Origin: Paraspadella gotoi
Taxonomy: Eukaryota; Animalia; Chaetognatha
Assembly (NCBI GenBank): GCA_051294375.1
Contig: JBJCIZ010000152.1
Location: 1 to 7,606, forward strand
Length of the DNA stretch: 7,606 nt
Direction: 5' to 3'
Of this stretch, positions 1-7,332 are shown piece after piece; position 1 is the first letter of the stretch, and every line of letters starts with the position of its first letter. The notes beneath the pieces were generated by a model. The model worked only from the letters and a program-made list of their open reading frames with translations. It had not been told where the DNA came from and searched no databases. The position numbers and the translations under genes are program-made.

Positions 1-40
1 GCATTTATTACTAAATTCGGCAACCTGCCTTTTATCCACA
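1..40 (+). repeat. 3' end (U5) of the 5' LTR
   Basis: Ends ...TTATCCACA, 1 nt before TGG. It is the exact reverse complement of 7333-7372, and identity stops precisely at the CA. Confidence 0.8.
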
Positions 41-41
41 C

Positions 42-59
42 TGGTGAGTCCCTCCTACG
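42..59 (+). promoter_or_regulatory. Primer binding site (PBS)-like sequence
   Basis: TGGTGAGTCCCTCCTACG directly after the LTR CA. TGGTGA matches the start of the tRNA-Trp PBS known for the CsRN1 clade (TGGTGACCCCG...), but the rest matches poorly. Confidence 0.6.
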
Positions 60-609
60 AACCAGTCTCTGCCAACCTTTTGAAACCCTGCCTTAGTTCT
101 GTTTATAACAAACCAAGATGAACTTTCAATGGCAATTCAATGAAGCAAGAAGCAAACTCAATGGTTCCTACAGGTGAGGGCGACGGCGATGTGTTGAATT
201 AGGCGAAACTCGCCCTCTTCTCACACAAATCCCTTTTTCTCCCCCTCACCCTCTCCTTCATCCCGCGGCGACGAGCGGCGACTCAAGAACAACGCAGGCC
301 TTTTAATTCTGCTTCGCGGGTAAAAACTAAGATCCTCGGCACCCAACGCGGCGTTAGGATTGCCGCGACGCCACCCTCGTATCGTCTCCGCCTTTCTTCG
401 TTCCCTGACGTCTCATGGACGGCGCAGATAGGCCAGTGACTCGATCTTTCGCCGCTCTCTCAATTCCAACTCCCGTTGGTCGCGGCCGCGTATTGAGGAC
501 GCCATCTCCCAACGCTCTCGGGGTTCCGGCCTTCTTCCCAGTTTCCTACGCCTCCACTTCCCCTGCCTCTGAGAATTCTACCTCCGCTACCAACTCGGAA
601 CAGTTTGCC

Positions 610-1539
610 ATGGCCCAGGAAAACTCAGACGAGCGTCTGGCACAGACGGTCGCCGCCGCAGTTGCTGCCGCCCTTCACCAGCAGCAACAGTCGCAATCAG
701 AGTGGCAACGCCAGTGGCAGCAGCAGCAGCAGCAGTGGAAAAAGCCGGAGATTCCCGATTTTGATGCCCAGAACGTCGAGATTTGGATTAAGCGGATGGA
801 AGCGGCATTTACGCGAGTGAATATTACAAATCCAAAAAATAAATTCGCGCATCTCGAATCTAAATTTAAAGTCGACTTCAATCCGGAGATAAATGCTTTT
901 CTCTATGGCGAATCCTCAGAGGAAAAGTGGATGGAATTTCTCGATTATCTCCAGACGGAATATGGCCGCACCAAAGCTCAGAAAGCGGCCTCTCTTATCG
1001 AAGGAATCCGCCGTGACGGTCGTCGCCCATCACAACTTTTAGCGAAACTGACCGAGAGAGCCGGCGACGTCTCCGTTGACGATATCCTCAAGGAACTAAT
1101 GGTACGAGAGCTTCCACAAGAAATTCAGCGTGCCATAACCGACAAAATCGCTGATGCTGATTCAAAAACCGCGGCGAGGATTGCAGATCTGTACTTTGAT
1201 CCACAAGGCCGTCCTCTCCACGCCTCAGCAGCTCCAACAATCAATGAAGTCAATGAAACTTCAACCGATGAAGATGCTGAGGAAAATTATGACGTCAACG
1301 CCATTCAAGAAAAAGGGAAGAAACAATTCAATCGTCCCTCCACTTCACGATTTAAAAGCTTCAGAAATCCAAAGAGCAGGCCTCAGAATTCGAAAAGCTT
1401 CAATCCAGCCCAATCAGGGAATCAACAACGCTGGAAACTCTGCTCCTCCCATGAGAATTATGGCCCTGATGCAAAGAGATGCACTCCCGATTGCCTCTTT
1501 CAGAAGACGGGAAACTGGAAGGCCGGGAGACGGAAGTGA
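610..1539 (+). CDS. gag: Gag polyprotein (309 aa from the Kozak ATG at 610; the frame is open from ATG 415)
   Basis: gccATGG context at 607-613. The motif PDFDAQNVEIWIKRMEAAF...ITNPKNKFAHL is typical of Gypsy Gag N-termini. C-terminal C-x2-H-x9-C-x3-C (CSSHENYGPDAKRCTPDC, 1441-1494). Lies upstream of and overlaps pol. Confidence 0.9.
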   Translation: MAQENSDERLAQTVAAAVAAALHQQQQSQSEWQRQWQQQQQQWKKPEIPDFDAQNVEIWIKRMEAAFTRVNITNPKNKFAHLESKFKVDFNPEINAFLYGESSEEKWMEFLDYLQTEYGRTKAQKAASLIEGIRRDGRRPSQLLAKLTERAGDVSVDDILKELMVRELPQEIQRAITDKIADADSKTAARIADLYFDPQGRPLHASAAPTINEVNETSTDEDAEENYDVNAIQEKGKKQFNRPSTSRFKSFRNPKSRPQNSKSFNPAQSGNQQRWKLCSSHENYGPDAKRCTPDCLFQKTGNWKAGRRK

Positions 1540-4500
1540 ACGCCGTTCCCGGCCAAGAAGAGTTGGGAAACCTGCTCTATGTTCACGATGCAGTCAACAG
1601 GCGCCGCTGGTTGATTGACAGCGGCGCCCTTCTGTCAATCATTCCCCCAACTCCCGAGCAGCGCTCTCTTCCCCCTCTCACTACTTCTCTTCGCGCCGCC
1701 AATGGCACTTCTATTAAATGTTTTGGCAAAATAACCATTGAGGTTAATTTAGGCAAGAGAAAATTTCCTTTCCCTTTCATTATTGCTGATGTAAAGCAGT
1801 CAATTCTCGGCGCAGATTTTTTAGCTGAATACTATCTTGCACCAAATCATAAAGATGGAGTTCTGATAGATTTGAACGATTTTTCAACCATTGAGGCCTC
1901 CGTGGATGAGGATTCAACGCCCACAGGCATCAACTATGTCAGCACTGCTGAAAATCCTTTCCATCGCCTACTTGAGGAATTCCCTGATCTTACAAACCCC
2001 ACTTTCGAAGCAAAAGAGCCAAAACACGGGGTTCGTCATCATATTCCGACGACGGGCCAACCTGTCCAGAGCCGCGCCCGCCGCTTAGATCCAGAGAAAC
2101 TCGCAGTGGCGAAAAGAGAACTTGATAAACTCTGCAAGCTGGGTATTGCACGCCGAGCCAAAAGCGAATGGGCGTCGCCACTCCTTGTTGTTAACAAAGC
2201 TGATGGTGGCTATCGCGTATGTGGTGATTACCGTCGGCTTAACTGCCAGACAGTGGATGACAAATACCCAGTGAAAGCACTTACCGATTTCACGGCGAAT
2301 TTGGCTGGCAAGAAGCTGTTCAGCAAGATAGACTTGCTGAAAGGGTACCATCAAATCCCTGTGGCGAAGGAAGATGTACCCAAAACCGGCGTCATTGCGC
2401 CATTTGGATTGTTTGTTTTTCCCCGCACGCCATTTGGCTTAAAAAATGCGGGGCAAGACTTTCAACGCCTCATGGACGAGATTTTGGATGGATTGCCTCA
2501 TGTATTTGTCTATATCGACGACATTTTGGTTGCCTCCGAAACTGAGCAGCAGCATCACGAGGACCTGGAACAGGTTTTCAAAATCCTCAGCCAAAACGGC
2601 CTCGTGATAAATGAGAAAAAGTGCGTCTTGGGCAAGTCTGAGCTAGAATTTCTTGGATACAAGGTGAACGAAGATGGAATCACACCCTTACAAGAAAGAG
2701 TGAAAGCCATCAAAGAGACGAAAACACCGACAACGGTGAAGGAACTCCAAAGGTTTCTCGGTATGATTAATTATTACCGGAGATTTATTCCTAAGGCCGC
2801 CTCTCACCTCTTCCACCTTTTTGAAGCCCTTAAAGGCAAACCAAAGAAGCTAGTTTGGACAAAAGAGTGTCAAAACTCTTTTGAGAGCGTGAAGAAGGCC
2901 TTGGCGTCGGCCACAATGCTTCACCACCCTCGTGTGAATGCCTCTCTTGCCCTGACCACCGATGCCTCAAATTACGCCATTGGAGCTGTTTTAGAACAGC
3001 GAGGACCCAGCGGTTGGGAACCGCTTGCCTTCTACTCGGCAAAGTTGCAACCAAATCAGAGGAACTGGCCTCCCTTTGATCGGGAACTTTTCGCGGCATT
3101 TCGAGCGATCCGTCATTTCAAATCTTCACTAGAGGGGCGAAACTTTACATTATATACTGATCACAAAAGTCTGATTCCAGCAATCGCAAAAAAATCAGAG
3201 CCACAAACTGCAAGACAAACTTATCAATTAGCAGGCATCGCGGAATTCACGACGGACGTGAGATATATAGAGGGAAAATCAAATGTTGTTGCTGATAGCC
3301 TGTCTCGCCCTCCCATCCCGCCAGAAAATCCTCCAACTCCACCAATTGTTGCAGCCATCACCAAAGCAATCCCAGCAGAAAAAATAGAAGATTTGAATCA
3401 CGTCATCTCTTCAGTTGGATTCCAAGGGATTAATCTTGAGGAAATGGCAAAGGATCAGCCTCTGGACGCCGATTTTCAAAACATTAGTTCCGACGCAAGA
3501 TCCGGTCTTCGATTTAGAAGGGTTCATGTTGGCGAGCAAGAGCTTTATGTCGATGTAAGCAACGGTCCCGCTCGCCCCTTTGTTCCTTTCAACTGGCGAA
3601 GAAAAATCTTTGATGCAATTCATGGTCTTGGTCACCCGGGAGTCGAGCGAACGAGGCAAACAATCACGGCAAAATTTGTTTGGCCATCAGTGCGGGAAGA
3701 CGCCTCCAAGTGGGCACGAGAATGCTTGGACTGTCAACGTGCCAAAGTAACCAAACACACAGTCCCGCAAATCGGCGAATTTAAGGTTCCTGATCGCAGA
3801 TTTTCCCACCTCCATCTTGACATGGTCACGGTTCCATTTTCAAATGGGTATCGCTACCTATTAACCATAGTTGATAGATTTTCAAGGTGGCCAGCAGCTT
3901 TCCCAATAGCTGACATTTCTGCTCAAACTGTGATCGATTCCTTTGCACATGGCTGGGTCTCCACCTACGGCATTCCCGCCACTATAACAACAGACAGAGG
4001 CTCACAATTTTCGTCAACATTGTGGAAACAAATGATGGAAATGTGGGGAATTCGTCACAACTCAACCGCCGCCTACCATCCAGAGGCAAACGGCCTTGTA
4101 GAGCGAATGCATCGACGTCTTAAAGAGGCTTTAGTCGCCCTCTGCAATGAAGCGCGTGACGAATGGTATTGGCGCCTTCCTGCAGCCCTTCTGGCCATCC
4201 GCACAACCTTCAAACCCGACATCGGAGCTTCCCCTGCTGATCTGGTATTCGGCGAAGGCCTGGCGGTCCCTGGCGACCTCCTCCCTCAACCTACAGACGA
4301 TCCTGATGTTGAAAATTCACAACGTCAAAATTTACTCGCGAATTTGCGATTGGAAGTAGCAAGATTACGCCCTATTCCGACCTCTGCCCATCGTCAACCA
4401 GCAGTATTCGTCCCAGAAGCCTTAAAGGAAGCGACTCACGTCTTTGTTCAACGCGGCGGGGTCAACCCAACCCTCACTACTCCGTACCTTGGCCCCTTCC

Positions 4501-5177
4501 GAGTCATCTCCCGTGGCCCTCAAAACTACTGCGTTGAAATTCCTGGACGTGGCTCGGACAACATCGCCATTTCGCGCCTTAAACCAGCTATCATCTCCAC
4601 AGATGAACCAGGATTCAATCCGCCAGACCCACGACCACCTCCTCCTCCTCCTCCTCCTCCACCAGGACGCCGCCCGAGTCTACGACGTCGTCAACAGGCG
4701 ACGACATCGAGACAAACTGCAAACCGTCAAAATCAACAAAATTCGCGAAGGTCTAGCTTTCCCGATGATGGCGAAATCGCGCCTTCTCCTTCAGACCCTC
4801 GGCCACCTTCTCCGGCTCGAGCAGGACGCCGCCCGGGTCTACGGCCTCGTCAACCGGCGCCGACGTCACGTCAAACTCGATCACAAACTGCAAACCGGCG
4901 AAATCAATTAATTTCGCAAATTTCGAGTTTTCCTGACGATGAGGATGGCAAAATCTCTCGTGTTCCTCCCCCTAATCTCGCCCCACCCCCCTCACCACCT
5001 TCCTCACCCTCTTCCCCCCACTCCCCCCTCTCTCATCCTTCACCCTGTGACTTCTCGCATCAACGTCGCGGTCTTCACTCAGCCGTTTCGAGGAATTACG
5101 CCGCCGTTCTCCGCGAAATTCTCCAAATACAGGGTATCCCGTGTCAAACTCCAAATCTTCAGTCTACAAACTTATAA
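1479..5177 (+). CDS. pol: Pol polyprotein (aspartic protease, reverse transcriptase, RNase H, DDE integrase, low-complexity tail); probably expressed as Gag-Pol via -1 frameshift at 1509-1515 rather than from ATG 1479
   Basis: Protease LIDSGA (Asp at 1617) and ILGADFL. RT motifs WASP, CGDYRRLN, FSKIDLLKGYHQI, PFGLKNA, YIDD (2511-2522). RNase H TTDAS (2961), RELFA, TDH, NVVADSLSR. Integrase HHCC (3621, 3633, 3723, 3732), D3819, D3993, E4101 with D(35)E spacing, and GPF at 4491. Confidence 0.97.
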   Translation: MHSRLPLSEDGKLEGRETEVNAVPGQEELGNLLYVHDAVNRRRWLIDSGALLSIIPPTPEQRSLPPLTTSLRAANGTSIKCFGKITIEVNLGKRKFPFPFIIADVKQSILGADFLAEYYLAPNHKDGVLIDLNDFSTIEASVDEDSTPTGINYVSTAENPFHRLLEEFPDLTNPTFEAKEPKHGVRHHIPTTGQPVQSRARRLDPEKLAVAKRELDKLCKLGIARRAKSEWASPLLVVNKADGGYRVCGDYRRLNCQTVDDKYPVKALTDFTANLAGKKLFSKIDLLKGYHQIPVAKEDVPKTGVIAPFGLFVFPRTPFGLKNAGQDFQRLMDEILDGLPHVFVYIDDILVASETEQQHHEDLEQVFKILSQNGLVINEKKCVLGKSELEFLGYKVNEDGITPLQERVKAIKETKTPTTVKELQRFLGMINYYRRFIPKAASHLFHLFEALKGKPKKLVWTKECQNSFESVKKALASATMLHHPRVNASLALTTDASNYAIGAVLEQRGPSGWEPLAFYSAKLQPNQRNWPPFDRELFAAFRAIRHFKSSLEGRNFTLYTDHKSLIPAIAKKSEPQTARQTYQLAGIAEFTTDVRYIEGKSNVVADSLSRPPIPPENPPTPPIVAAITKAIPAEKIEDLNHVISSVGFQGINLEEMAKDQPLDADFQNISSDARSGLRFRRVHVGEQELYVDVSNGPARPFVPFNWRRKIFDAIHGLGHPGVERTRQTITAKFVWPSVREDASKWARECLDCQRAKVTKHTVPQIGEFKVPDRRFSHLHLDMVTVPFSNGYRYLLTIVDRFSRWPAAFPIADISAQTVIDSFAHGWVSTYGIPATITTDRGSQFSSTLWKQMMEMWGIRHNSTAAYHPEANGLVERMHRRLKEALVALCNEARDEWYWRLPAALLAIRTTFKPDIGASPADLVFGEGLAVPGDLLPQPTDDPDVENSQRQNLLANLRLEVARLRPIPTSAHRQPAVFVPEALKEATHVFVQRGGVNPTLTTPYLGPFRVISRGPQNYCVEIPGRGSDNIAISRLKPAIISTDEPGFNPPDPRPPPPPPPPPPGRRPSLRRRQQATTSRQTANRQNQQNSRRSSFPDDGEIAPSPSDPRPPSPARAGRRPGLRPRQPAPTSRQTRSQTANRRNQLISQISSFPDDEDGKISRVPPPNLAPPPSPPSSPSSPHSPLSHPSPCDFSHQRRGLHSAVSRNYAAVLREILQIQGIPCQTPNLQSTNL
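1509..1554 (+). promoter_or_regulatory. -1 programmed ribosomal frameshift signal
   Basis: G GGA AAC (X XXY YYZ) in gag phase at 1509-1515, a 5-nt spacer, then a GC-rich stem 1521-1533/1543-1554 (12 bp, one bulged G). pol is in the -1 frame relative to gag. Confidence 0.9.
4623..4973 (+). repeat. Diverged in-frame tandem duplication (~168 nt / 56 aa period) in the Pol C-terminal tail, including a (CCT)7 run
   Basis: PDPRPP...GRRPSLRRRQQATTSRQTANRQNQ...SSFPDDGEI versus SDPRPP...GRRPGLRPRQPAPTSRQTRSQTANRRNQ...SSFPDDEDGKI; units start at 4623 and 4791. Confidence 0.9.
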
Positions 5178-5560
5178 ACAAGTCAATTATTCCTAAACCT
5201 TTTTTGTAGTTTTTATATCATATTAATATACAAACTGTGGGGATTAAAAAACTTTACTCAAAGCTGATAAAAAGTATCATTTGGTGTAAATAATTAGTTA
5301 AACTAAACGTTGTTTCACTTGTTGAATTTGACCCTGTACTTTTTTTCTCTCTTCCTTCAACTCTAAATTCTTACTGAAAGTTTAATTATGTTCTGTAATT
5401 ATGTTCTGTTCGAAAAAACGAAAATTGATGTATTGTTACACAAAAGTATCTCTCTACCAACGTAGCTATAGTATTAATTGTTAATGAATAATCATATTAC
5501 TAAAATTAGCACTTTCCACAGACAAGCTTTTTAGACGTTTGAAAATTACCTTTTCAACCG

Positions 5561-5571
5561 TCTGGGGGGCG
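5561..5571 (+). promoter_or_regulatory. Polypurine tract (PPT)-like site
   Basis: TCTGGGGGGCG is a G6 run in an otherwise AT-rich 3' UTR, ~390 nt after the pol stop, with TGT at 5578. Confidence 0.7.
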
Positions 5572-5613
5572 TATAGCTGTTGTTATCTCATTGACAATAT
5601 TTATAATAATAAC

Positions 5614-5804
5614 ATTTACTTGAATCTTTATGATTTATGATTACTAATAAATGTTTTATTTAATTAATTAATTAATGTGGAAAAATGTTGCAATTTAAAA
5701 AAATTATGCAAGTTGAAAAAATGATGCAAGTTGAAAAAATCTTAAAGCATAAGGATCGTCGCAATTGCATAATTGCGAGAGAGAGAGAAAGAGAGAGAGA
5801 GAGG
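5614..5804. repeat. Composite repeat block, copy 1 (spacer, TAAT repeats, 3 x 18-bp minisatellite, GA microsatellite)
   Basis: 5614-5629 equals 6806-6821. From 5637 it aligns with 6946 onward (ATGATTACTAATAAATGTTTTA...ATCGTCGCAATT...(GA)n). Minisatellite units span 5680-5733. Confidence 0.85.
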
Positions 5805-5917
5805 GAAAAAAAAGGAAATTAAAACTTGATGTTGCAATAGCAAAATGATAACATGCACGAATGCGATGCATAATTTTACGAGTTCAATCCTAATTCAATT
5901 TTTTTTTAACAAAAAAC

Positions 5918-5920
<3 letters not shown>

Positions 5921-5952
<32 letters not shown>
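5921..5952. repeat. (GA)16 microsatellite
   Basis: Read directly from the sequence. Confidence 0.95.
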
Positions 5953-5954
<2 letters not shown>

Positions 5955-6119
5955 GTTTTCGGACGAATCAGCAGCGGCAGCAGCAGAGACAGTCAGAAAA
6001 AAAGAAGAAATCAAAAGGCAGCAGCAGAAGCAGCAGGAGAAAAGAGAGAAAAAGCCTTCTGCAGACTTGTTTTTTCCCCGATGAATCAGCACTGGGAAAA
6101 AGGGAGAGAGAAAGCTACA

Positions 6120-6290
6120 TATAATTAAAAAAGAAAAATCAGTTAATTAATCATAATTAATTAATCAGTCAATTTATCAATCAATTAATTATTCAATCAA
6201 TCAATTATTTATCTATTAATTAATTATTTAATCAATCAATTCATTTATCTATTATTTGATTATTCAATCAATCAATCAAGTCAATCGTTA
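6120..6290. repeat. Degenerate (ATTA/ATCA)n low-complexity tract
   Basis: Many AATT/AATC tetramers; similar tracts occur at ~6580-6645 and ~7230-7265. Confidence 0.8.
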
Positions 6291-6389
6291 TCGGCATTAT
6301 TCTCATCGTCGTCATTGCTTTTGTCATGGTTAGTGACGAAAATACCTAAAACAAACATTTCAATCAAATTAATAACTAATTGCCTAATT

Positions 6390-6942
6390 AATTGCTCATG
6401 AGTGGATGGGGCAATTGACCTAGAATTTTGTATGTGGTAGGAAAGTGTGTGATTGAACAGGAAAACAAGTTTCGATGGAATCGTTTGAGTGGAAATGAGT
6501 TTAAATGGAAAAAACAAAAAATTGATTATGCTTCTTTTTCCTTTTATATTAAATGTATATGCAGGATGTATAATAAATCAAATAATTAATCAGTTAATTA
6601 ATAAATTAGTCAATTAATCAATAATTAATTAATAAGTCAATTAATCCGTCCATCCGTCCCACCTTAGCAAAAAGCTCCAATAACTCGTGATTGGCTGGTT
6701 GAATTGGAATGAAATTTTGTGTGTGGGTAGGAAAATGTATGACGAAGCTTGATATAAAGTTTCGGTAAAAACGTACCAGTGGAAATGAGTTTAAATGAAA
6801 AAAATATTTACTTGAATCTTTTTATTTATTTTAACCCATGATAGATTGAGATGAAATTTTGTGAGCCGGTAGGAAAGTGTGAGAAGAAGCCAGATATAAA
6901 GTTTTGACGGAATTGTGCAAGTGGAAATGAGTTTAAATGGAA
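6390..6942. repeat. Three diverged ~110-bp units resembling the internal repeats of Helentron/DINE-like non-autonomous elements
   Basis: Units at ~6390-6510, ~6679-6800 and ~6830-6942 share AATTTTGT, GGTAGGAAA, AAGTTT and an exact 20-mer AGTGGAAATGAGTTTAAATG (6488, 6778, 6920). A TCCGTCCATCCGTCC tract sits at 6645-6659. The repeat is seen directly; the family assignment is inference. Confidence 0.7.
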
Positions 6943-6984
6943 TTAATGATTACTAATAAATGTTTTAATTAATTAATTAATGTG

Positions 6985-7146
6985 AAAAAATGATGCAATT
7001 TAAAAAAATGATGCAAGTTGAAAAAATGATGCAAGTTGAAAGAATGATGAAAGTTGAAAGAATGATGCAAATTTGAAAAAATGATGCAAATTGAAAAAAT
7101 GATGCAAATGAAAAAATGATGCAAGTTGAAAAAATGATGCAGGTTA
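6985..7146. repeat. 18-bp minisatellite, 9 copies (consensus AAAAAATGATGCAAGTTG), within composite block copy 2 (6946-7218)
   Basis: 162 nt read as nine units of 17-19 nt. Confidence 0.95.
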
Positions 7147-7179
7147 AAAAAATCTTAAAAGCAATCGTCGCAATTACAT

Positions 7180-7184
<5 letters not shown>

Positions 7185-7212
<28 letters not shown>
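7185..7212. repeat. (GA)14 microsatellite
   Basis: Read directly from the sequence. Confidence 0.95.
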
Positions 7213-7218
<6 letters not shown>

Positions 7219-7332
7219 CATAAAATAAAATATAATTAATTAATTAATTAAAAATTAATTAATTGAAATTTTTTAAATAATTATATTGATTTTATCATTT
7301 ATTATTTTTATTATTAGAAATTAATCCAATAT

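Larger units (their letters stand above)
1..5614 (+). mobile_element. Ty3/Gypsy (Metaviridae) LTR retrotransposon, CsRN1-like clade; 5' LTR cut off by the window edge, 3' boundary uncertain
   Basis: LTR end CA(39-40) followed by TGG; gag with CHCC finger; pol in the Gypsy order PR-RT-RH-IN; PPT at 5564-5569; both ORFs are uninterrupted. Confidence 0.95.

Noticed and set aside
42-63. Reverse complement contains GGTTCG...CCA, like a tRNA 3' end
   Set aside because: Spacing from TTC to CCA is 3 nt too short and no T-stem pairing forms; not a tRNA gene.
415-609. 65-aa N-terminal extension of gag from ATG 415
   Set aside because: Ser/Pro-rich and UTR-like; ATG 610 has a better Kozak context and lies just before the conserved region. 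Not strictly excluded.
1154-1618. 154-aa ORF in the third frame across the gag-pol junction
   Set aside because: No recognisable motif and fully overlaps gag/pol; only its last ~17 codons matter, under the second-frameshift idea.
605-4359. Other short ORFs (60-90 aa) overlapping gag/pol on either strand
   Set aside because: Shadow ORFs with no motifs, expected by chance in moderately GC-rich coding DNA.
4444-4911. 155-aa alternative-frame ORF with a poly-Leu stretch, considered as a possible env-like gene
   Set aside because: The poly-Leu is the (CCT)n run read in another frame; non-ATG start; no signal peptide or env features.
5383-5408. 13-bp tandem duplication TAATTATGTTCTG x2
   Set aside because: Real but consistent with simple slippage; nothing is inserted between the copies.
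5845-6092. Short ORFs on both strands (RERERE / LSLSLS)
   Set aside because: Translations of GA and CAG microsatellites.
6985-7146. Regular repeats superficially like a CRISPR array
   Set aside because: Head-to-tail units with no unique spacers, no cas genes, eukaryotic context.
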